Below, one piece after another: positions 51,501-64,000 of a stretch of 64,000 nucleotides of DNA. Position 1 is the first letter of the stretch. Every line of letters begins with the position of its first letter. The position numbers and the translations under genes are program-made. The notes under the pieces were generated by a model. It saw only the letters and a list, made by a program, of their open reading frames with translations. It ran no database searches and was not told the DNA's origin. The DNA comes from Oculina patagonica (Eukaryota). Location of the stretch: assembly GCF_052425735.1 (NCBI RefSeq), contig NC_135759.1, positions 30,442,001 through 30,506,000 on the forward strand. Reading direction: 5' to 3'.

Positions 51501-54500
51501 GTCATGGGGTCAAACAAAGTTAAACTATAGGCTTTGTCTCCTTTTCACTTCTCACTTAGTGTCAACAACGAACGCTTTGAATTCCAGGTACAGACACTGG
51601 GGCATGACTGGCCACGGATAATCTACTTACATGAACTTTGCTGTCGCCATTTGCTTTTGTCCTCTCAGCGATAATATTTGCTGCTACCGCCCCAATCTTT
51701 TCAAAATCAAAAGGGTCCGGGATGTACTGGAGTAAACGGCCTCCAAATGGTAAAAGCACTATAAAAAAGAGTTACAAATGACATGGTGTAGTTAAAACAC
51801 CGTTCAAAGCTGACTTAATTCAAATGAAAAACTATAAAAAACTTAAGTGGTTTAGAAAACGTCTTCTGGAATGCAGAATGGTGCATGGTAATTAAAAGGT
51901 TTATTGGCTGGCCAGCTGGGTTCCATTTCAAACAATTATAGCCTCTAGCTTTAGATTGCCTGTAAGCATCCGAGCAATACAGCATTGTATTGGCTATATG
52001 TATCTGTTGTGGTTTCGGGTCCGTGGTATCAGGATTTACGAACAAACATAAGGAGAACAAACCCAGATCAACACAAGGATTTTTTTTCTCTACACACGAG
52101 AGAAGGCACATAGTGCACAATGTACATATAGGTCAGCAGAACATGCCCAGAAATTAAATGGCATTACAAATTAAACTATAACAGTATCAAACCTAGTAAG
52201 ATCTCAGAAAGATCATTACTACAAGCATTCAAGATAGCATGAACAGAAACAAAAGCAGTAATTTCTTACTCATTAATCCAACAATGGGGTGTGCTGCCAT
52301 GGCCTTCTTTGCTAGTTCAGTGATTGGATCATTTTCAACAGTTTGTGTTTCAGCCTTGACTCCAAACGCTGTTGACAAAATTACTTCCATGGTCAGACTC
52401 TGAAGCCACCTAGAAAACAAATGAGAGATTAAAAGCATTCACAGTAAGTCTTTTACAAAGCCATTTATTACCAAAACGTCTACCCTGGCCGGCCTAAGGC
52501 CACTGAAAAGAGATAGGAGACAGAAGGGCAGGAAGGATGGAGGGAAATTGGGTTGGCAGCAGTTTCTCTGAGAAGCATCAGAAAAAAAAAGCATGATAAA
52601 AAGCAAAATTTTCATTAATTAAATAAATAAGTTACTGTATTAATCAACTTTTAAAACCTCCAAGTTGAAAGAAAATTAGGGTAAATGAGGAAGAACTTCT
52701 CAATCTGACCCATAGGGTGCCTTAATTATAATGACATAAAGAGTTGTGGAATTCACATCAGCCCTGGACTGTCTTTTTTTAATCGTTATTTTTCAAATAA
52801 AGTTTTTGTTGTATCCTATTAGCGTTACATGTAAGTATAAAGGTTAAACTACAATTACCAGTCAGTGGTCAAAATTACATACATTAACAATCTTGCATTC
52901 TCAATCTAGAACAAATCCACAGCCAATTTTAGCTTAAACCTGATTAAGAATGTGAAAGTAATTTACAAAATTCTTATCATGCACAAGTGGGAACAGTAAA
53001 GAAATGCTACATTCGATTTAGTGATCACGAGTAAATGTAATTGCTATATATACCTGTGAAAATCAACAGTTTCTCCTGTCCTGGAAATCCTATCCACTTT
53101 TTGCATTAAAGTGTCCATTGCTTCATTCATAAAAGTCATCATCTGAAAAAATCAAAGACCTTTAAATTAGATATGTATTCGTGGAGATCCTTCATCTTCT
53201 TTGTTTTCGGATTATGATTAGGTAAGCATTTTTTTTCAAAGTTTTACTCTGGGTTTTCTAAGTGGCCCACAGAGAAAGTTAAGAAAGTTTAATCACACAC
53301 ACATCACACAGCCACTAGTGCATATTTCCAATCCCTGTTGATGGGAATTATTAGTCCTTTGCAGGCCTAGCCGTACCTATCTGTTACTTAATAATTTAAT
53401 GTTATTACAATATAATGACGTTATATCATCAAAAACTGCATCCTGTACTTCAATAAGCAAAATATTGTCATGGAAAAGGGGGGGAGTACTCCCTTATATA
53501 ATGGTCTATACGGGGAGGCTCCACCCAAAAGGGGTACCTTTTTTCAGGCTTCAGGTATATAAAAGGGTAGGGAATTCACAAGTATAGGTATTTGAAAGGG
53601 TATGGAAATTTATCATTTAGGTATTTAAAAGGGCCTTTAATTATAATATTTCGAACAGACACATGTACAATTTACGACTGTATTATTTTAATTACTTTAA
53701 ATTGGTAGAAACAACCTCTCACCTCAGAACCGGAAGGAGAACGAGGCGGAGTCGAGTACGGAGACCTGACGGACAAAACCAGATGCAAAGAAGAGTCCTG
53801 GCAACAAACGAGGCAGGGAGGCGAGACCGGGAGGTGGACGCGAGAGACAGAGACAGGAAGAATGCCCGACAGAGCAGGGAGCCGGGAAGCAGGCCGGGGA
53901 CTGACCCGAGAGCGCCCGGCACAGACCGCATGTCCGTCCCCTCACGAGACCAGGCGAGGAGAGGGGACCCGTCGGCGGCTCGCCCGGTGCGGGGGGAGGG
54001 GGGGAGAGGAAGCAGAGGACGGAGGCCGGGGAGGCGGGACACGGACCGGCCCAACGTGGGGGAGAGCGGGACAGAGATGGACGGGGGGACGGTGGGGGGG
54101 CGGGGCGGGGCGGGGAGACGAGAGACGAGGACGCGGGCCGGGGCCCCCCCGAAAAGGAGGCGGGGAGGGGGGCACGCCCACACACAGTGGAGGACGGGCG
54201 AGGAGAGGAGAGACGGAGACGAGAGGCGAGAAATGATTCAGTTGCTACTCAGGTCCTAAAGATTTTATCCTTCTTTTTTTCTACTGAAGTGAAAAAACTG
54301 TTGTGGTAGCTGATGAGACAATTAAAAAAGAGAAAATCTATGGAACCAGCTGGGTATCAATAAATTTGCAAATGAATATTAATGAATTTACTTACATGCT
54401 TCATTTTAGATGCACTGAAGGTTGGCGACAGAGTATTACGAAGATCCTTCCACTTCTGACCAGGTACAATTGTTAACATTCTGTTATAAGGCTCTGGGAT

Positions 54501-57159
54501 TTCCACAATGCTCTGATAATCAAATTAAATAATGATTGAAGAGAAATTTATGAACATAAATTTGCACCAAGTGCAGCTACATGTGGATAAATATGTATGT
54601 ATTTGGGAGTACATCTAAGACTGCATGATATATACCTTAATAAACTACGTTTTTAGATTCTTTGAGTCCTGCAGTTAAGTGACTTTAAACATAACTTCAC
54701 TTGTTGGCAAGGGTCAAGCCAACCTGAATTGCCACCCTCTGAGAGTGATATGAAAAGGCTGCTAAATCCAAAAGTAATTAACAAGGGCATCACTTTCAGA
54801 AGGACGTATACAAAACATGGACCCGGGTCCATGGACCACCCCTGTGGACCCATTTCGTTGTTTTGGTTTTTGGTACCTGCCGTCAATTAATACCCTGTCC
54901 CCATTCTACACTTTTTTGATTTTCTTTTGAAAATTAGGGGTGGTCCACAGGGGTGGTCCATGGACCGGGTCCACAAGGTGGTCCATGGACCGGGTCCACA
55001 GGGGTGGTCCATGGACCCAGGTCCATGTTTTGTATACGTCCCTTTCAGAACTAGTTAGGTATAAATTGTACTTTAATGCTTGTAATTTTTAACCTAGAAC
55101 TTAGTTTTTAAAAATTTTAGTTTTAAGCTGTAATTTTAACTTTTTGTTTTTTGTAATGCGCATTTGAACATTTACGTATGGAATTTGCGCAAACAAATTC
55201 GTAATTATTATTATTAACTACCTAAGTCAACTGCACAAGTTTATAATGCATGTATTATGAAATAGGTAGAGCTGTACAACCTTACCCTTCTATCGTGAAA
55301 CTTGGGAAATTCTTTAATAAGAATCTCTTTGATCATGTCTGGATCACCAATCATGAGAAACGGCTGACGGAAAAAATACATTCTAAAAGAAAACAAATTT
55401 AAATTATCTATTTAACATTTAATAATGAACCTGAATAAGATACCAGTCACACTGAAGGGGAGATGTGGCATTTGCCTATATACTAATGGTTTAAATAAGT
55501 GTGTGAAATTCGTGATTGAATGGTCGTGAACAATTAGGGAATCTAGACAAAATGCAGGCGCTCATAGAACCAGCTGTGGACTAGCATCCCAAGGGAAACT
55601 GCCAACACTCCCTGAGTGGTATCATGCTATGGTAACTGCGGTAGGATTTTGACATTTGTAGGTGACACCCTGACATTTATATTGCTTAACAATCTGATCA
55701 AGCAGCTTTGCTATTTCTTTTAAGCAAAATGTTCAAGAAGTTGTGCATATGCATGTTGTAGGCTGCGACATGCTTTATCTCATACTAAACAACCCTAGCA
55801 TGCACAATTCCTAAAATGAACATTATTTTATAACAAATTCTATTAATAATCCACATTTTTTAACTTAAACAAGGAAATTGGGCACTAATGTTTATTGAGA
55901 TAATACATACCCAAACACCTTGCCATATTTCTTGTACCATTCTTTATGACGTTTTGGGACACCGTTTGGCTACATGTATAAAAAAAAAATAATAAGATTT
56001 CATGGCAAATAAACCATGAACAGTGCCAACCCAATTAAAACTATTAACTGGGAAACAATAATAATAAAAAAAATTATTGTCTGCAACCATAGCCATACAA
56101 AGCGGTGGGGGGGGGGGGGAATGCTCCTCTTGCAAATTGCTATAATCATGTTTGATTTTTTCTTGCAAATTCTATGTGACCCCTCAGTTTGATTCAACTG
56201 CAAACACTTTGAAGTGATGAGTGGGAAAAAGTTATTGGAAAGAGTGACCAGAAGTAAGACTTTTGCAGAGCTTGAGCATTTATTTGCATGCAGTGGATCA
56301 AATGCCGCAATACTTTGAGGGTCCAAAATAGGCTTGGCGGGATGCGGGATGGGGCTAAAAATCAAGGCAGGATGCTGGATATGAAAAATTTGAATGGCTG
56401 GGTACAGGATCAATATACACTGGAAAAATAAAGAACAACTTACATCAAATATAAACCCTCCTGTATTTCCAAAGAATGGCAGCGGTGTTGGTCCATTTAT
56501 TCCAAGTTTCTTTAGTGCAGTGTATGGTGCAACACAATACCTTGGAGATAAAGATTGATCAAAGCATTATTTTTCTTTAAATTCAATTTCAAATGTAAAT
56601 AGGATCATTTCATCTAAACCTGCTAAAGAAAACAATAGTAAAACTTAATTCTTGTACGCCTCTTTTTTGCGGAGGGTTGCGTGACCACCGCAAAAACCGT
56701 TCCTATCCACGTGCACTCTCGGTATGTAAACATTAGAGACAACGTCATATGGCTGATTCTGTTAATATTTTCTTAATTATTGAATAAATCTATCATGAAA
56801 TGAAAAATAATCTATTCATCATTCACACCAAACATGAAAGTTCTCACTTTGAAGAACAACGACAATTCGACAATGGTGATGGGGGTTGGTGACGTTGCGT
56901 TACCTTTTCGGGCGTGTTACATATACGTTGACAGTGGTTGGAGTGTTTTGCCGTTCGCAGGAAAATTATAACAAACGAGATTGAAGTAACTGAACGCTAT
57001 ATCATCAGTAGTCAAATCACTGAGCTGTTTATACTGTACATCACTGATTCTATACATTTGTAATACATACCAATAAAATAGGAGAATTAGAAATCCAACC
57101 AAAAGTGTAACCCAGTGATCGTTCGCAAACTGAGCTATTGTTTGCAGAAAGTCAGCCAT
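48578..57159 (-). CDS. Cytochrome P450, CYP3 clan (CYP3A-like), paralog D, complete, 13 coding exons, 502 aa
   Basis: Exons: 57071-57159, 56444-56540, 55911-55969, 55286-55382, 54396-54512, 53054-53142, 52270-52409, 51631-51758, 50880-51098, 49973-50061, 49274-49411, 48980-49145, 48578-48658. AGYETS, EAMR, PERF, FGYGPHNCVG. Confidence 0.97.
54802..55041. mobile_element. Mutator-like MITE, 9-bp TSD
   Basis: TIR GGACGTATACAAAACATGGACC; CTTTCAGAA at 54793-54801 and 55042-55050. Confidence 0.88.
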
Positions 57160-57269
57160 CTTTACTTGTATTTATTAGAAACTAAATACGTCAGTTCTGT
57201 TTGTAGAGCTGCGCTTCTTCGGCTGGAGTAGGCTAAATCAAGAACTTTATCCTCTCTTCTTGTTCTTCT

Positions 57270-57508
57270 CTGCAAAAAGACAAAATTGTACAGTTACACT
57301 AATTACACGGGACAACGCGTACGGGCACGGACTACAGTTGATATATCCGAAGAACGATAAGTAAATTCTACCTTCTAATTTCGATTTTTACCTGAGAAAA
57401 TTCGAAGCACGCTTATGTACTTGCCTCACTGAATTTGTGGTATCAAATACCAACAGTTTTCTCTAACTGAGTGCAATGCCTTTCCAGCTTTGCACGGCAG
57501 CTTATATA
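57270..57508 (-). promoter_or_regulatory. Gene D TATA, non-coding exon and 5'UTR intron
   Basis: TATATAA at 57502-57508; donor CAG|GTAAAA at 57392/57391; acceptor ending at 57270; closely similar to the gene A block. Confidence 0.7.
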
Positions 57509-60197
57509 GCTGAGTTTTGCATAATTTCAGTGAATTTGAAATATCTAAATTTAGTCACAGATGTAATGCCGGAATGGCGGTGTCACGTCAGGCAAGAATA
57601 AGTTAAAATTTTTATCTGTGTACTGAAGGTTTTGTAACTATTTTAGTTACTTCAGAGATAATACGGTAAATGCATTCTAGAGAAGAAAAGAAAAGCGTTT
57701 TTCTCTCTCAAAACAGTTCGGCATCTCACACTGAGTTGCATCAGTTAGTAGTTGATGTAATCACCGGACGTGCGTAACAGGTAAACATCAAGAGCAAAGC
57801 TTTTACCATAATTGGGTAAATTGTAGATATTTCAATAGTGAAGCCATTTTTTTGGGCTAATTGTATAATTTCTAAAGTGGTCTGAACTTGGATCTTCGAG
57901 GAGGTGATGCAACATGTTCAATTATGGCAGATTGATCGCTTTTAATCCTAATGTATTGAAATACAGTAAACTGTTCAGAGTTGATAATTTTTCCCCAGCT
58001 TATTTCAATTAGTTTAGTTCTAGAGGTGGGGATATTATTTAAGGTGCCAACGAACTGGGCCATGTTCTCAGCTTTGCACAAAGCAATTTTATACTCAACT
58101 ATAAAATTGTGTTTTAGGCTGTTTGGCTTTTATTTTGCTGTGCTGTACACTTCTGTATTTTCGTGCGTTGGTCATGTAAAACGGAACTGACCTGACATGA
58201 CGGTATTTATTTTTGTTGGGATATAAATAAAGCTAAAAGTGATCTCTTCAGGAAAAAATAATTGTGATATTGCTTATAGCAGCAATATGACAGCTAACAA
58301 TTCATCAAAATGAAAACACAATATTCAGAATATTATTTGATGGTCCCAAATGATTCCAAGCTGATTTTCGATTTCTTTTGTTCGACAACGTTCACACACT
58401 TGTTAGCTGTACAACAAATTATCAAAAGACATAAGAGATCATTGAAGTAGTTAAGAAAGAAATGTTTATAAAGTGGTTATCCTTCCTAACTTAACTTTTG
58501 CCTTAAATACATACAGGAAGAGACTTTTAATATCAGACCCTATCAACTGAGAAGTACTGTCAATTGCGTCATTCCTCGAGTAAGCTCCTGCATCATGTAG
58601 ATCACTGGCCTCGGCTGAACGATAAAACATTTTTTATCCAAGACATGACGCTTAATGAACCGGCTACACGATCAAACGTTATTCGTGACTCAAAATGTTA
58701 GACAAAAATGTCCAACACTTTGCGTGACTGACAATGTTTGATTGGGAACGTCCAACCGGTGCATTCGTGACTTACACTTCCGTTCGCAAGAACTTGCTGA
58801 CTTCGCGATTACCACGCGCCAAAATAAACACAAATTTTATCGCACTCCACTCTATACGTTTCACGAGTTGGGAAGGGACCCTAAAGATAGTAAGCCACAA
58901 ACATTGGTTATTCCTTTACATCCATAGCTTTTTTTAAAAAAGAATTTCTCGAGTGTATGCAGTATCCAAAGGGTTTTCAACTAATCACGGCGCGCGGTAT
59001 TTCTGTTTTTATTTTCTAAATGTCACTCGAGTATGCAAGTGTTTCCTGTGATGCATGTATCACTTTCAAGTCTACTGAAGGGTCCACGTAGGAGGGTCCA
59101 CGTTGTCGCTTTTGCGTTGTCACTTAAAGTACGCTGTCGCGGATAGGTCTGGAACGAGTCTGTTAGATTAATACAAACGTATTGCCAATCGAAACACTGT
59201 ACGCAAAAAGATTCTGGAGAGTGACTAAAGTTTTCAAGTTCTGTTTTTATTGTGAGGTTTCTGTTATTTAACCGCCAGGTATTGGCATGCAGTCCAGCTA
59301 TTTTAGGAATATATATAACGTGTCAAGCTACGAAACTGAGAAAATGAAGGGATATTTATTGAAAACAAAACCATTTCTGGCCAGAAATAAAAGTTCACTT
59401 CAATAATAGCTACAGGTATGACTACTTACACAAGCCGGGAAGATTTCTTTAGTTATTGGTTAACTTATTTACAGGAATATTACCTTACTTTGCCTAAAAG
59501 CTGTTTTGAAACAAATGTACTACTGATCGTGATAATTTGTTTCAGAACAACTTCGTTGTTTACTGCCAAGCCTGTGCTTTATACGAGTTACATAAGTGCT
59601 CGCTCGTTGTAACGGATAAGTTTGGTCCTTTTATTAAGTATAATTTTGCAAAATATTCGCTATTAATCTTGAACAGACTTTATGTTAGCGAAACAATTCC
59701 TTTTATGGATCTAAATGGCAAAATCATGGCTTCATTACAAACAAAGAGAGCAACCTGGAAAACTGTTCAGCCAACCAGTTTCTTAAACCCCGCGGGTCCC
59801 GGGCTCAAAAACCCATACAGCAATCCGTTTAAATCCTTTATTTTTGTCCATTGTACCGTCCTCTAGTTTCCTCTACGACAGTTCTCAGAATACAGTTCTT
59901 TACTCTTAATTTAAGTTCTCCAAGTTACTCTGCCGTTTTGTTACTTCTCATTGCACGTGCTCAATAAGTGAAAAGTATGTTGAGAACACACTGAGTACAC
60001 CCAGTTTCCCGATTTGATTCCGGGGACGATTACTATGAACTGCACAATCAATATAATGTAGATTTAGCAAGACCTAAAACCGGAGCTCGACTCCTTTTAT
60101 ATTTCTTGACCGTGGTGCTGACTTGTAAATAAAGGCAATAACTTTTAATTATCGTTCGAATTATCGCGTAATGCAAACAAGAAAGTACTGGTAGTGA

Positions 60198-60481
<284 letters not shown>

Positions 60482-60977
60482 TGACTCTTAGGCCGTGTGG
60501 GCTCCGTCTGCGGGAGCCCCGCAAATAATACATTTCATGATCATTTATAGAGAGCCAAAATCCGGAAGTTCAGTGGCTCTTAAAGGCCCCTAGTCAGCCA
60601 CATCTTTGTTTTTGTTTACATACGAGAATTTCGGTATTACGTTTTACCCAGAGCGTGTCGCTAAACCAAAGAGTCCACTGTGAAACTGTTTAAGGTAATT
60701 AAACAGATATCCAGTAACACAACTTACAGCAAAGCAATAAGATTTCGCCTCACCATACAATTTTCATAATTTCGATGGCTAACTAAGGTCCTTTAAAGTT
60801 ACTAACAACAGAATAAAACGACGCAGTACACTAGTTCACTAAATTTAATTTATATTTCTGGTTCTACAAAACAAACAAGCTTTTCCAACGAACCTCTGAT
60901 AAACTATTTTAAAAAATAGACCAATAGAGGTTAATTCTAGAAAGTCTAGTTATCTACTTAGTAAATGATGGCGCACT

Positions 60978-63617
60978 TTACTCTCTTGGTGAAACCTTGA
61001 GCATGACTTTTCCTGGAGAGCAGCTAAGAACAGCAGCAACAGTAAAACCCAACGGGGCCTGCAGAGAAAGAAAACAAATTAAGTGATCTTCGTTACACAA
61101 AGAATGAAGCAAACAGCTACATGACTACAGCAAAAACGACCTTGAATGGTCGGATCGGCCGTGATTGTTGTCGAGACTAACAGAAAAATTAAAGGCAAGC
61201 AAGCCTTTGTGACATTTCGTACACGGCACGCATCGTAAGTTGTAATAAATAGTATAAAAACCTACCGGCGCTGTTTTTTCTGTGCGCTCCAGCTTGTATT
61301 TCTTCAGTAACCTCACCAGAGTCAGCTTAATCTCCAGCAAAGCAAATCTCATGCCGACACAGTTGCGTGGACCATATCCAAACGGCAAGAATGCATAAGG
61401 ATGACGCTTTGCTTTCTCTGCTTCGGTAAACCTGTCAAAGACCAACTAAATTTAATTAACAAAACGTTTTAAAAAGTCGGGAAGAAACCATCACTTACAA
61501 TGCGACGCGCCTTACCGTGCTCTCGTAATATTATTGTTTGACGAACACGTCTCCTTGCAAAGTTGAATGCAATCAAATAGATACTTTTACATCGTTTTTA
61601 TCAACAAAACGAAGTGAAAACGTAAACTTTTCCAAGATGACAGTTGTAAAAAAGTTTGTTCGGTGGCCACGGTAAGGCGCGTCGCACTGTAAGCCCCATG
61701 ACCACTTTACATAGAGCTACATAACATAAAGTACGATTGAAAAATATAGAACTAAAATATAGTCTGCTTGTCGAAATGTTATTTTAGTCAACGAGCCACA
61801 GCCGAGTTGGCTATGGCTCACAAAGAAAGAGGACGAGTAGTCAAATTGTTCTAGTAGAAACTCTATAGAATTGCATTCCAAAAACATACAATTTTAAGTA
61901 GGTTTAGACAAAAACCAAGATAAACTGTCCTTTTGAAGACCAACCCTGGCGTGGTCGTGTTCTATTTAACAATTAGACGGCAAGCTCGAGGTTTCTACCG
62001 GCTGATAGTTGGCGAGGGGCGAAGCCCCGAGCCAACTATCAAAAGCCGGTAGAAACCGAGAGCGAGCCGTCTAATTGTGTTAGCATAACCCACTGACCGA
62101 TCTATTAAACTCAGAATATCGCTAGAATTGATTTATTGAAGGTTTTGATTGATAAAATTCAGCGAAGACTACGCGCGGGCTCCGAGAGCCTTCTACGGAT
62201 CGATAGTAGGCACCTGTGTAGCCAATCAGATTGCGCGATTACCAATAGTAGGTCAGTGTGGTTATGCTAACAGCGAATAGAAAATAATGGGATTACTAAT
62301 CAGATTCGCGGATTTCCAATGGACACGGCTGAGTTTCTACTACTGAATACCGTAAGGTTACTATTGTTAGCGGCTACTAATTTTAGCGATTTTTTCTGAG
62401 CAAGATTTAGCTACTATTTATTTTAGCGATTTTCCGAAAATTTAAAAAATTAGCGATATCGTGTAAACCAGTTCTTAATGAACATCTAGCTAAGATGGAA
62501 ATAAATGTTCAGTAAAAGAACAAACTCACTTGAATTTGAACGAACACTTGCATTGGCAGAAGAACAAAGTTAACAAAAATGACAGAAAATGGGCCCGGCA
62601 TCCATTTCTTTAAAGAATGTTCAAGTCAGCTTTATTTAATTTTGTTTTCCTTTGGGGTGGGAGGGGGTATTTAAATTTAACGCGTATTAAATTTGACCGA
62701 GACAAAATTTAGCGATTTTCGTCCAACTCGCTAAAATCGCTAAAATTAGTAGCCACTTACATAAAGTAACCTTAAGGTGAACAACAAACCAAACATAAGA
62801 GCAATTACCGCTTACTCATGTCTTAACAATTATGCTGGAAAAAGTATAATGGCAGTGGTAGCAACGATGATAGCCTAAGACAAAAGAAGACAAGTTAAAC
62901 GAAGACGTCTGTCATGAGACGAAACAGAAGAGAAATAGAAAGAACGATGATGGAATCTTATGCACATAGCAGCCGAGATAAACACCAGGGATCGTCCCCT
63001 CACCTCTCTGGATCAAACTTTTCGGGCTCTGGCCAAATCTCCGGGTCATGATGAATTGCATAACATGGAACCATGATCGGCATTCCTTTTGGAATGGTAA
63101 CTCCTTTGATGGTGCAGGTCTCGTTGCAATCTCTCTGTTGTCTAGGGTGGTAATGAGCACAATGAGAGAAACGTTTATAGTTAAAAAGCTGTTACCTACT
63201 GCTTGCAATAATATGTTATCCTGCCTTTCGATTAACAATAATTTGCTATTTCTAAGAAAACAACGTGTCTCGGGCAATTCACTTCTCGATTTATTGGCTC
63301 TTTCGAGCAACTCTCAACCTGCACTTTCAACTAGTACGTAGAGCATAGATTACACAAACGACAGTAAACCAGTTGTGATAAATGTTCGATAGTGAACCGA
63401 TTCTGAGATGGAAACCTTCAATTTCAGAATTCTAGGCCGACAAAAAACCTTCAATATTAAAATTTAGGCCGACAAAGCGCTAGCAAATACCCAACCTATT
63501 ATTAATGCCGTCTTTCTCCCATACTTACGCAAACCCTGGGGGATACATTCTCATTGCTTCGTTAATAACCATGTCAAGGTATTCCATCTTGTTAAGGACA
63601 TCATATGACGGCGACAC
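60978..63617 (-). CDS. Cytochrome P450, CYP3 clan (CYP3A-like), paralog E; last four exons only, 5' part beyond the window
   Basis: Exons 10-13: 63529-63617, 63004-63141, 61266-61431, 60978-61058. EAMR, PERF and canonical heme loop [10 protein letters not shown]. Confidence 0.94.
61494..61693. mobile_element. MITE in gene E intron 11
   Basis: TIR CTTACA(A/G)TGCGACGCGCCTTACCGTG. Confidence 0.75.
61969..62272. repeat. Twin-hairpin repeat (Crypton-like non-autonomous element)
   Basis: ~110-bp palindrome centred on GGGGCGAAGCCCC, immediately followed by a second inverted pair TGTTAGCATAACC...GGTTATGCTAACA. Confidence 0.6.
62350..62778. mobile_element. TA-type MITE related to 40307-41188
   Basis: CCGTAAGGTTACT...AGTAACCTTAAGG termini; internal TTAGCGA repeats. 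Confidence 0.65.
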
Positions 63618-64000
63618 CTGCAGATAAAATAGTTATATTCAGCGAAATAGAGCTAAGACATAATTTTCTGTCTTCGTTATAAAATATGTTTTCGGACGCA
63701 AGGGAACTGCTTGTTCTTCGTAAAGGCACTAATCGCCATTTAAAGACCTACTCCAACGGGGTTTTATTATGAACACCAGTATATTCAATTTCGGAAGGTA
63801 CCATCTTATTACATTGCTATAATCTATTATAGGCAGAACTTTATCCTGCCTTTAATGGTCAAATAGTTTTATAGTTAAGGGGTAGTCAAAGTACGTCATT
63901 TGAATCTCATTCCTTTTCATGTAGAACACTCTCTAGTTTCAAGGCACGCATACGCGGGAGACACATTACCGCACTGTTGATGAATGTAACGGTTGTCACA

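Noticed and set aside
53663-54259. 198-aa Arg/Gly-rich ORF and overlapping ORFs (also 44863-45353)
   Set aside because: Open on both strands in several frames because skewed composition removes stop codons; no recognisable domain.
54308-54340. CTGATGA as another hammerhead (also ~39719 and ~46986)
   Set aside because: No stem II followed by GAAA and no stem I complement.

Overview
AT-rich eukaryotic (animal) genomic DNA. The repeat types and gene style suggest an anthozoan such as a stony coral; that assignment is inference. The window is a tandem, same-orientation (minus-strand) array of five cytochrome P450 genes of the CYP3 clan. Gene A (<1-8899) lacks its 3' exons, B (16084-25987), C (31167-44162) and D (48578-57159) are complete, and E (60978->64000) shows only its 3' exons. 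I reconstructed the exons by hand: each complete gene has 13 coding exons of identical sizes (89,97,59,97,117,89,140,128,219,89,138,166,81 = 1509 nt, 502 aa), and A, B and D have a probable non-coding first exon. Introns and intergenic DNA are packed with non-autonomous DNA transposons, tRNA-derived SINEs, LINE and Penelope fragments and Crypton-like hairpins. Main observations: (1) a ~208-bp TSD-flanked fold-back insertion in gene A intron 7 with two divergent minimal hammerhead ribozyme motifs, one intact on the pre-mRNA strand, plus a second element of the same design downstream of gene C and a Penelope RT remnant with a related tail; (2) intron positions matching human CYP3A4 at 11 of 12 sites; (3) an Arg-to-His change in the heme motif of B, C and D; (4) a paralog-specific GC-AG intron; (5) loss of the shared promoter and 5'UTR exon in gene C; (6) MITEs with GAGG termini and 6-bp TSDs; (7) two anomalous T-depleted, GC-rich islands.
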